Positions 12,311 through 23,474 of a stretch of 64,000 nt of DNA are shown here, piece after piece (position 1 is the stretch's first letter; every line of letters begins with the position of its first letter). The stretch is from NCBI RefSeq assembly GCF_021869535.1, contig NW_026262723.1, positions 80,786,001 through 80,850,000 of the forward strand, given 5' to 3'. Under the pieces are notes generated by a model. That model was not told the origin of the DNA and ran no database searches. It worked only from the letters and a program-made list of their open reading frames with translations. Made by a program: the position numbers and the translations under genes. This DNA is from Mytilus californianus. Lineage: Eukaryota.

Positions 12311-14429
12311 GACATTTGTGATTCCTAAAAAATGAATTCCGCCTCTTTAGTATTGTTTTTTTTTACAAAGGGAGGAATTTATTAAGTAGGATAGAATACA
12401 TTTATGATCAAATTGACGGTACAGGGACTAGGTAAATGCACGAACCGTTTGTAATCCGCCTTCCATAAGCTTTGTGTAGGCAGGTTAACAGTTTTTCCTT
12501 CAACGGAGTTTATTAATAGAGTCGATAATTTGAAAACTTTATTTTTTTTCAGAGAAAATAAATATGCCAAAAACATGGTATTTTTATTTGATCTTTTTGT
12601 ACATGAATGTTAGTGCTTTCAGAAAGGCATCACCTGAACAGATATAATTTCTACATATGGCAAAGTTTGGATGTCATTCAAATGATTTCTGACATTTTCA
12701 TGCTCCTGTTTGAAAAATTTAATGTATTGCCATGGATACACACAACAAAATTAAAGCTATATTTCACAAAAATATCTATTGAAAATCAAATCTCCAAATT
12801 ATCTAAATTATATACAGGTGTCTTTGTTTGATGCATCTCAAGTTTTCGCACTTATAGAATAGCTTAATTTGTGTTAAAAAGAAAAGAACATGGTCAATGA
12901 TCATGAGGGTCAATTTTAATTTTCTTTTCTAACTGTTGTTACGACCAAAAGACAAACACCAGTACACAAAACACAACATAGAAAACCAAAAACGAACCCC
13001 ATCAAAAACCAGGTGTAATCACAGGTGCATGCTCCAAAAGGATAATCAGATTCTGCTCTAAATGTGGCACCCGTCGTACAACGTCGTACAACTCATGTAA
13101 GTACAAAACCGATGAGAAGACTAATTCGTTAAGTAAAATTCAATGAAAAGAGGACAGATTGTGGTAACAACTATTAGACATTTTCGAAAAGTCGTCTACA
13201 CAGACACTTACACCGACACCGATACCTACACTGACTACAAAATATAGGGACCGTATCAAAATGTCGAAACATATTGAATGAATGACATCGTAAAACTTGG
13301 TTGCAGATATAAAAAAAAAAAATTTCTGTAATTTTTCTTATATGATTTTTTATTTGAAATCGGCGCTAGAAACACCGAAGGCATGGATTATTTTAAGTAT
13401 GAATTTGTGATATTCCATCTGTTTTTTTTTTAATCATTCAAACGGAATACAGTATTGCGGTAGAATATACATTGGCGAATTGAATTGCTAGAAAGCATTC
13501 GGAACATAAATAAAGTATCTTGTTTCTTATGAAGCAAGCACATATTAAATCAATGTAAATCAACGGGTCTTAGGATTTGTAATGGATGTTTCGGTGACTC
13601 AAGTATAAAATAAAAATGGTTGAAGTGTAAAATTCTACCAAAAATAAAATGCCAAAAAGTAAAAAATAACTGCAAAAAATAAAAAACGAAATGCAAAAAG
13701 TAATAAAACAATTACAAAATTACAAAATAACTAAACTGTGCCAAAATGAAAAAAAATTGTTTTGCCGAAATTCCCCAAAACAAAACACAAAAAATTTTAC
13801 CCCCCACCCCCTTTTACAAAAAATAATATATGTATATTAAAATCTTATTGACAATGCACTGCAACACCAGTATTAAATTCATGATATGTGAAGTGGAAGT
13901 TCTTCATAAGAATTTTTCAATTTTATACCCAGGTATGAAAATTAGTATAGGAAAGTTAATAAATTCGTTTCCTTGGTGTTATCAGGGGTGTACAGAATTT
14001 TCAAAAAATGCATTTTCAACACCGGTGTAAAAATTCCGTACACCCCTGATTACACTAAGATAACACATACTATCATCTATATATTTATACGTTCTGTTTC
14101 GCGTTATAAAAGACTTTACACTTTCTGTTTCTGATTAAAGTTTTACTAATTTAAACAAAGCACCCTTTTCTTTTTACAAAGTACAATATTTAGATTAGTT
14201 AATTCTCAGCTACTAAACAGAGCTAATAAAGTAGCAACTCATTCAAAATATAAAGTTTTATACAGTATTTAAAATGTATATTAGAAAAAAAAAATATTAT
14301 AAATGCGTGTGGTCGTTGTACATGTTGAGATGACCCCTTCTCAAAAAGGTTACCTGTAGGCATAGGTGTAGGTGTAAGCGTCGGTATCGAATAGTTTTCG
14401 AAATGTCTATTGGAACATATATGTCGCAA

Positions 14430-14765
14430 TCTGTAAAACAGATATCACATAATGGTCAACCGACTTTTGATTGGGTCCGTAACATTTTGGGATGATTTCA
14501 ACTTAACCACGTGGAACTCCTTGTTTAAAAGATACTCTCTACCAAGGAAATCATGACAGGCAATGCAAGCTCAGGAATATCGTATCAACTGGGAAATATA
14601 TACTCCATATTCAGGCGCTGCTGGAATGTTGCTACATAGAAATAAAAAGTTCACAATTTTGAGGCTGAAATCCAATCTTTTGTCGTAAAATTTTGTTCTC
14701 AAAAAACTTTGTTGTCAATATCTAGATGTAAGTCAGGATATGAGGCAGACTGTATCTGTTATATC
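14430..14765 (-). pseudogene. Penelope-like RT C-terminal fragment
   Basis: Reverse strand reads IYP.ELEI..SAS YPDLHLDIDN..F.DK..D..VNF.FL.SNIPAAP.YG.YI.QL. Confidence 0.8.
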
Positions 14766-15323
14766 CTTTATTTCAAGTTCGATGGGATAGATGCATTCGA
14801 CATAGTAACAAAACTTTGAATATTTTAGTGAGAGGACATCAACTATATAGCAGAACGTAAAGAACGGCCAAGTGCAGAAATACTCGAATCAGGTCTGCTC
14901 GAAATCAAAAAGTCAAGAAATAAGGAGATAAAGAGCTTGAAATAAAAAAGGGGTTACACAATAAAGCCAACACTGCTGATGGCCAACTTTGCCCGAGGAA
15001 GCAATTTTTCGTATAACTAGCAATTACATACAAACTTACGAAATTATGGGTTTCCAAAGTCAAACTGCAATGATTAAAAAGTAGTAAAATGTAGAGTTTA
15101 AGATGGGAACTCCATATTTCAAAGTTCTAGTATTCTAAATTTTTAAATTTATACTTTGAACACCAAATATATTTGTTTTGATTTATAACCCAAATAATAT
15201 TCCGTTGAATTGGCGAAGTACTAACAACAATGGTAAATATTAACAACGATTTATAATGATAAGTTGTGCGAAATACAAAAGTAGTTTTTTTCATAACAAG
15301 AAGCTTTGAAAATTGAATTACAG

Positions 15324-15444
15324 GAACATTCTTGTACCTGTTCAAATGATAAAAAGGCAATCGTTGGACTGTCAAGGACAAAAAACTGTAAAAACCAAGA
15401 GTATGGGCTCTGTTTTGATAACAATTGTGTTGTTTATGAAAGAG
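15324..15444 (+). CDS. Exon 4, C-terminal half of WSC-like domain
   Basis: Acceptor gaattacag|, EHSCTCSNDKKAIVGLSRTKNCKNQEYGLCFDNNCVVYER, donor G|GTGAGT. Confidence 0.6.
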
Positions 15445-15546
15445 GTGAGTTTTATCATTTTCCACTTGCACTTTATGCATGTAGCGATAATTCAATTTCA
15501 AACTTTTTATAAGCAACTTCCTTTCATTCATTATCATCGGTTTCAG

Positions 15547-15722
15547 ATGTTACGCCTAATCATGACACTGTTTCTTATATTCCTCCTCTCTAGCAGTACC
15601 GCCATAAGATATGGTATAATACACTGCATCGGTACAGATTGATGTGAGCATTTGCTTACCCAGTTTTCGCGACTTGTACTTCAGCTTCTTCAATGAACAC
15701 ATAAATGCACTTTTCTGTGTAG
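15547..15722 (+). pseudogene. Exon 5, disrupted
   Basis: Acceptor ggtttcag|, donor G|GTATAC; 176 nt (not a multiple of 3) with in-frame stops; ends ..ALFCV. Confidence 0.35.
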
Positions 15723-15976
15723 GTATACATTTTAATAAATAACCCTACATTTGTAACTTACAACACTTGACAGGCTGGGTGACGGTAATAGAACGTCCCG
15801 ACACTCAATCTTAATCAACTCAATATATTCAGGAAAAACTTATACTTCCCCACATGCATGCTTTTTTTTAGAAAATAAAAATGTTTTAACTACCTACTTA
15901 TCCTATTTTTCCGTTAGGAGACATGAAACAAGTATCTATATTCTGGGCATTTTAAACGTATGGCAAATATTAATAG

Positions 15977-16017
15977 GGTTTGCAATGGATGATCACCAAT
16001 TGGTTTTCAGTTGGTTT
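15977..16017 (+). CDS. Exon 6 (short)
   Basis: Acceptor attaatag|, GFAMDDHQLVFSWF, strong donor |GTAAGT; phase 1-0. Confidence 0.4.
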
Positions 16018-16179
16018 GTAAGTAGGCTATTATGTTATCTTGTCAGCGGGATATTCAACATAATCTTGAAAACTTAACACTCTACTGTTGATTCTGGTAA
16101 AGTTGTATTTTCTTCTGCAAACTGAAAGATTTCATACAAGAGGATTTTCTTAACTGTTAACAGTTACAATAATAACATT

Positions 16180-16590
16180 TCTTGTTGATCGTCGTCTGTT
16201 GTTCGTCGTCCGTTAACTTTTACAAAAATCTTTTTTCTCTGAAACTACTTGGACAAATTTAATTTAACCAAATTTGGTTACAATCATCATTAGAGTATCT
16301 ATACTTTTAAAGGTGCCCGATGACCCTGTGTACAACCAACATAACTGAAAGGCTAAAATGGAAACATAGGGGTAAAATGCAAATGTTAAAATTGAGAATG
16401 GAAATGGGGAATGTGTCAAAGAGACAACAACCCGACCATAGAGCAGACAACAGCCGAAGGCCACCAATGGGTCTTCAATGCAGCGAGAAACTCCCGCACC
16501 CGGAGGCGTCCTTCAGCTGGCCCCTAAACAAATATGTATACTAGTTCAGTGATAATGGACGTCATACTAAACTCCAAATTATACACATAT
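16180..16590 (+). repeat. HINE-like fragment followed by a common Mytilus repeat (gagaatggaaatggggaatgtgtcaaagagacaac)
   Basis: cgtcgtc microsatellite and ctctgaaactact..accaaatttgg core, then a second recognisable repeat. Confidence 0.6.
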
Positions 16591-17004
16591 ATATATTGAC
16601 TTTTATCTTAAAATCCGCTATAAATAGAGAAAATCAGACAGGTGCAAATATTTTTAGAATGATAAGATCGACATTCTGCATATTGACATCATAACTGTCA
16701 GACGACTTCTTATCGAAGTTATTCACCTTAAACGACTAATTTTACTTTTTTTTCATATTTGCCAATTATTTTGAAAATAATAATAGTTAGGCAGACACTT
16801 TGAAAATCCAATATGATCATCAAGATAATATCTACAAATAAGTCCGATGTCCGAATTCCTCAGTCCTTATTAAAGTTATCGCCCTTGAATGACAATTTTA
16901 CCATTTTTTTGCGTTTTGCCTATAATCTTGAAAACTATAATAGATAAATAGAATCATTTAAGAAGAAAAATATTAAATGAATTGGTAAACTAAAAATAAT
17001 GTTC

Positions 17005-17345
17005 CAGGTTAGGGGAGGGTTTGGCGCCAGCAAACTAGTTTAACCCCGCCACATTCTGTGTGTGTCTGTCCCAAGTCAGCAGCCTGTAATTCAGTGGTTG
17101 GCGTTTGTTGCTGTATATCATATTTGTTTCTTGTTCATTGTTTTGTACATAAATCAGGCCGTTAATTTTCTCGTTCGAATAGTTTTACATGGCATTTCGG
17201 GGCCTTTTATAGCTGACTATGCGGTATGGGTTTTGCTCGCTGTTGAAGGCTGTACGGTGACCAATAGTTGTTAACTTCTATGTCATTTGATCTCTGGTGG
17301 AGAGTTATCTCATTGGCAATCATACCACATCTTCTTATTTTTATA
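17005..17345 (-). repeat. Family-A repeat copy
   Basis: ccaggttaggggaggg..tcattggcaatcataccacatcttctt. Confidence 0.8.
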
Positions 17346-18129
17346 GCTTATATATAACTTCTTTCAATGAATTTGTTTTTTTTTAAATGGAGAAAAACAA
17401 ATCTTAAATTAAACTTTGCGTGACAGTCAAAAAGGTTTAACTGTTACAATACCTGAGAGTTTGGTTGGGGGTCTTCATTTTGGTATACATTAATAATTTT
17501 TCATGCCGTTTTCCTGTATTCTTTATCTTTTCTCAATTGTCTTCTGTTCTTTATATTTTAGCATCCTATTATTATCTTCTTCCCACCTTCTACCAATATT
17601 CTGTTTACTTTAAAAAAAAACTTTGTCAATTGTTCTCTCTTCTATAAATTACATCAAGAACCTTATACCTGGAAGTTGCACGCTTTTGTGTTGATCTTTT
17701 TTTAATCGCCTGTTACATCAACCCTAAGTTGCCCAGGGAAGCAACTAAGGGGGCCCCGATTTTTACAGGCTCATTTGTCGGGGAAAAAGCAAATGAGAAA
17801 AAACTCCCATTATTAATAATTAACATCTATCTTTATAAATATCATTTTCTTTGTACAAATGTACATGTAATATAATCTATCTATATATTTAAACATCACA
17901 CCAAATATAATCATTTGAATAAAGTATTCATTCTGTCGGTATTTTTTCTCTCTCAAAAGAGCTACCTGTATTTAATGTATTTATTACGCAGTTTCAATTT
18001 TATAGCACTTCAAACCGTTCTTTTGTTATGTTAATTCCTATTACATTAATTTCTGGTCGAGTGATCTTTTGCCACGTGCTACTCGTTAAAAATTATCTGA
18101 AAGGAAATGTGTAGTTCTTTTAAGATTTT

Positions 18130-19656
18130 GTTTCCCAAAAAGGATTTATTTCAAAGATATGGTAAGTAAATAATTGCTTATAATATGTAACTGTTGATAC
18201 AACCTGTCCTTGTTACAAGTATATAATATACATAATTATACATAATTTACATACACAATAGAAAATACATAGTACATAAAGGGAGTTGAGAGCAATGCAT
18301 GATAATTTATTCAGTATTGAAGAGGTCATTACACTGGCCTGACAACGCAAAAATATATATTTATATACAAAAAGTGTCGCACATAGTAGAAAAAGCTTCA
18401 TTGTTCGTATTTGGTTTAAGAGATTTGAACAAAAATTGCATTTCATGTTTTATCATATTGAAAATCATCGATTTACTTATCCCTTTCTTTTGATATTTTG
18501 CGATGTTTCTAGTTTTCAAAATAACCCATTTCGTGATAAGAAGCACCGTATCTAAAATTTGAGAATAAGATGTATCTGCATTTATGACACCCAAAATGAT
18601 ACTCGTTTCCGATTGTTGTAATTTTTCGATACTTAATTTTGAACAAAATTCCCATATATTCTCAAAAATTTCCCGCCAAACGTCTTCCACCAGTTTACAG
18701 TAAATAAAAAGATGAAACAGTGATTCTTGTTCATTACAAAAGTGACACTTTCCGTTTGACCGATTCATTTTTCGTAATTTTTCTTCTGTGTAAATTGTAT
18801 TATGATGTAGCTTCCATTGAAGTTGTTTAGTTTTCCTTTTTGCTAAATTCTTATTCAAAGTGTCCCAAACATCTCCCCATGGTAGTTCTTTCCAAAAATG
18901 TACATTCCACTTAAACTGACTATTTGGAGTTATATTATTCTCATAAAAGTTTCTAATATCTTTAAGGCACAATTTTTTGGCATCAACGACCACTCCATTT
19001 TTTGAAATTTGACAAGAATTTATTATTTTCATAGGTCTATCAGAATGACTTTGCATGATGGGGTCTGTTTTTAAAAGGTCAATTTGTTAAGGCGTTAACA
19101 AAGCTTTAATGCGGCTATATTGTGCTATCAAGTTCCTTTTATCTTTTAGGTTGTTAAAAATTTCAAAAGAAGTTTTAAAGGATTCATTGTTTAAGTCCCA
19201 TATATCTTTTATTTTTTTTATTCCACTGGAGGCAAAATTTGCAAAATATAAGGCATGACCCTTGAACTTGAATTTACAATATATTTTCTTCTAAAAGGTC
19301 CTCTTTCGTGACAGATTTTTGGGTTTTCTGTAAGTCAGTCCAGGAAATTAAAAGTTCTTTATAATATTTAGACATTTTTATTTGACTTAAACCTCTAGTG
19401 TCCGAACAAGAACATATAAAAAAGTCCGTATCATATTTTTCGTCTAGTGACGTTAACCAGTATTTACCTATTGCATTCCATTTTTGTGTTTTTGAGTTTA
19501 CAATACTGTACATACTTTTATCCTGTTTTGATTTAATAAAGTCTCTTAAGTTTATCATTCCTATCCCCCCTTTTTCTTTCGGTAAACAGCACACTGTTCT
19601 TGCGATTTGGTTTGTTTTCCCGTCCCATATGAAGGACCATATGATATTATTTTTTT
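18130..19656 (-). mobile_element. L1/Tx1-clade LINE, 3' part of ORF2 (zf-RVT) and 3' UTR
   Basis: NNIIWSFIWDGK..LPKEKGGIG, QWKLHHNTIYT..CHFCNEQESLFHLFIYC; AATAAA near 18145-18150. Confidence 0.85.
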
Positions 19657-20156
19657 TTCTTCTACGATTACTAACGCCCATAGACTACCCAACTCTATAC
19701 ACATAAAACTAATAAAAACCAAACTAAAGTTCAAATTGAATACCCACACGACAGTGCCATGTGCTGATTTTAATTGCACATTATTATACATAATATTATG
19801 TCGACAAAATATAGTCAGTAATTAATAAATACTACTGAAATCAAAACAGTAAATATAACATCAAATAAATTCACATAAGCAAGATAAAAATTTTAACTGG
19901 GAAACACGTCTAATCGAATCGGCCCTGTCGTGCTGAATGGTTATATCCCATGAAGCGCGGGAATACAAATAACGGTCTATGGGCAGACAACTAGAAGAAA
20001 TTAATTTCAATCTAATTCAGTTCCTTCAAACGGTTGAAATTACATTTCTTCTACGATTACTAACGCCCATAGACTACCCAACTCTATACACATAACACTA
20101 ATAAAAACCAAACTAAAGTTCAAATTGAATACCCACACGACAGTGCCATGTGCTGA
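19657..20156 (-). repeat. Terminal block B1-A2-spacer-B2
   Basis: B copies are 111 bp with 1 mismatch; B1 abuts A2 (gtagaagaa|atgtaatttcaacc); 125-bp spacer 19768-19892. Confidence 0.95.
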
Positions 20157-20589
20157 ACTACAAAGAACGGGCAATAAAATTTTTATCTTGCTTATAGAAC
20201 TTAATTCACTTTCAAAATAAAAAGCCATTATCAGGTTATAAACCTAAAGAGGTAGGGCCATTTTCCCGTGAGTTTTTTTCATTTGATTAGCTAGGTAAAT
20301 GATGTTTTTAAATAGCCCGATAGATGCTAATTATAGTATATGAAAACACGTCACATCATCTATTTTCATACCTTGAACAGGTATTCCTACAATAATCAAG
20401 GCCAATATTGATTGTGTTTGTTAATGCCCCTGAGGAGCATTAAAATATGAATTATCAACTAAAAGATATTCAAATTAGTTTTGTATTAAAAAAAAACATG
20501 GTGTTTCAGTTAGCGTGTTAATGTTGGTAGGTGATTTGTAGCGTACATGTATTTCACAGCTTTGTTTAACTTAAAACTAACAAAATATT

Positions 20590-20862
20590 AAACAAGAATG
20601 TGTCCATAGTACACGGATGCCCCACTCGTACTATCATTTTCTATGTTCAGTGAACCGTGAAATTGGGGTAAAAACTGTAATTTAGCATTAAAATGAGAAA
20701 GATCATATCATAAGGATCATGTGTACTAAGTTTCAAGTTGGTTGGACTTCCACTTCATCAAAAACTACCTTGACCAAAAACTTTAACCTGAAACGGGACA
20801 GACGGACGGACGAATGGACGCACTGACCGAAAAACTGAATGTCCCTAAGTGGCGCTTAAAAA
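20590..20862 (+). mobile_element. Short HINE/DINE-like element inside the Spy-like element
   Basis: aacaagaatgtgtcc start, gacg microsatellite, terminal gtccc..ggcgc hairpin, A-run. Confidence 0.7.
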
Positions 20863-20899
20863 AGGGGGTTAAATATAAATACAAGAAACATTTAATAAT

Positions 20900-21370
20900 C
20901 TAATTATCTGATATAAATCAGCTAATCTGATTCAAGATCGGTCTCTGTTTTAATGTCAAGAAGCCAAAAAATATCGGATGCATTTAACTGGGATGTTGTT
21001 TTCCTCAATCTGGATGTATCTATATCCATACACTGTTCCGGTTTTTAAGGTTTACCGTCTATATGAACCGGACAACAGCTTACACTAGTTGGTACTAGAA
21101 TGGCTTGCGTAACAAACACATGTAATCTGGTCTTTTCTGCATGGCATTGTACCAAATGGATCGACCCTATGTTGTGATACAGATTCAACACGTTCTTGAT
21201 GTTTTACCTACAGTCACGATTGGTATTGTAATTGATTTTTTCTGAGGTGTTGTTTCATTTTCTGATGACTTAGGTTCCGGTGTAGGGACGGTGGTACAAT
21301 GTAACAATGCCAGTACTAGTATCTACACAGTTGGTGGATTGGCGATAAAATTACTGTCTGCATTTGTTAC
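20900..21370 (-). pseudogene. Decayed coding remnant, possibly the N-terminus of the parent transposase
   Basis: Pieces ITIPIVTVGKTSRTC.IC, TRLHVFVTQAILVPTSVSCCPVHIDG, LNASDIFWLL resemble N-termini recalled for ISL2EU/Harbinger-related transposases. Confidence 0.4.
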
Positions 21371-23474
21371 ATATCATACCATTTTCTAAAATGTTCTTGT
21401 TCAAGATTTAGAAAAAATGTTTTTGTTTTGAAATTTTTCTGCTATGGCCTTTTTTCGTTATGTGTATAACACAAACAACATTTGGGCTTCATTGCTATAT
21501 AATCAATTCTCGTGTTATTTGTTATGTACAAGCACCTACTTCAGTGTGACTCTTTGAATTAAACAAACATCCGAAAAAATGTGATAGAAACATAACATTT
21601 TAATATTTCAACATAAAAAAATAAAAATTAGCGTGAGATTTGAACCCCATCTTAAAAACAATCCATTATTAACAGTTTTAAGCGCTACCGATGGAGCCAC
21701 GGCGACTCTTGAAAACATAGTCGATATTAAGCAGCTATATAGGTAAAATTTAGTGATGTTCCACCTTCTATTAAAATAGTTGTTTTTTAGGTATTAAGGA
21801 CACACTAAACCAATTTCATTTTTGAGGGAAAAAGTTGTATAAATTATAACAACAACAAAAAACATAACTTTGTTTTGGTTTGAAGTGTCCTTCAAGGGGG
21901 ATTCCTTGTTTTTCCAACCTAAAAACACGGTAAATTCCGCATATTTGACTTTCATCCTTTTTTGGAGGTTAAATTAACTATTTTCCAGACATAACATAAT
22001 ACATAAAAATCGAGATATTGACCAAAAAACATTTTTATTTCTTGTTTTTATCGTAAATTTTATTCTTTCAGCACTTTTTGAAATTGGCCCTTCTGTGAAA
22101 AAAATTCAGGGGAAATTGGCCCTACCTCTTTTCAGAAACAATTAATCTGTCTTTTAAAGAGTCTTTAATATAACCGTCTTTGGCGGTCTCTGAACGCCAT
22201 CTACCATGTCTTTTGAACAATCGATCGGAAATGCCTAAATTGGCACAAGTTGTAGCTCCACCAGAACGTAAACTGTGCAATCCATATTTTTTAATATCTG
22301 ACACAAATGGTTGAAAAGCTCCAATAAATAATTCTCTCATACGTGTATAAGACAGTGGTTTGTTATCCTTCCAAAGTACATATCGATCCTTGAATTTTGT
22401 TAAATTTCTAAAAATAAATTCATCTGAATCCGGCGAAATATCAGCCCACAACAAATATAACTTTAAATTCTTTACTGGACAAATATCGGAATCCATACAG
22501 GCTATTACTACAGAATTGCCATCACGATAAATGTCAGTTTTACTTTTCGGAATAAATATAGATACATAACCTAATTCAAACTTGATATCACATATCCGTA
22601 TGTTTAATAACTCGGACACTCTCAAAAATCCCGAATAAGCAAGTAAACACGCGCAAATAATACGCTGTGACATAACATTGTATTCCTTAAATAATGAACT
22701 ATACATTTTAGTTAGAAGCTCAGGAGTAACTGGTTCCTTTTTCTCAGTTCGTGTGGCTAAGCGCCGTTTTGCACCTTCTAAAACATTTTTCACAACTAAA
22801 TTGTCGGTAGGAGACGTTTGACCAATCATATGATGTGCCCATTGTATACTATAAAATGCTGAAATAACCGGACTAGCAGTGTTACTGTTATGAACTAATG
22901 AAGATACATATAGTGCAACGTGCAAAGGTATTGCCGGTAAAATATCACAACCATTTATACCGTTATGAACGGCCCACTTTTTCCAACGGATAAATCCTGC
23001 ATAATAAGTTTTAACGGTACTGTCAGCTTTAGATTCGCAAAGTAAATCCATAAGAACATCAACATTGGTATGCAGAGTTGGTGGCAAAAAATTAATCTCA
23101 GATTCATAAGCCTGCAAAAACACATGTATAAACAATAATTAAACAATAATAGGATCTTAAATGATGGAAACTACCAACAGAAAAATACTTGTTAGTACAT
23201 CTCACAAGACTATGCACAATAGTCTTAAATGCTTAACATAAGCATTTGTATTTGTTAGTATATTAGTTCTCAACAAGGCCAATTATAGACTTAATGCCAA
23301 AATCTGAAACCAATTCAGATATGCATTGTAACGTTAGTACACAAACAAGGCACTAATACAGCCTTTAAAATATATTCTTATATCTATTTAAAATATCATC
23401 TGTAAAATTCAAATAAGCATAAACAGCTTCATAAACAAAATAGGTTTACAACCTTCATACATATCAGTATTATT

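Larger units (their letters stand above)
20249..22128. mobile_element. Non-autonomous TIR transposon without TSD at AAA|TTT (Spy-like)
   Basis: 33-bp TIRs gaggtagggcca(t/a)tttccc(g/c)tga(g/a)tttttttca with 3 mismatches; flanks cctaaa| and |ttttca. Confidence 0.75.
20236..23111 (-). pseudogene. Tyrosine recombinase; last 4 codons separated by the 20249-22128 insertion
   Basis: GFLRVSEL (R), KSKTD (K), HSLRSGG (HxxR), HGRW, DGYIKD (Y); rejoined end VSENLGL* with stop at 20236-20238. Confidence 0.92.
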
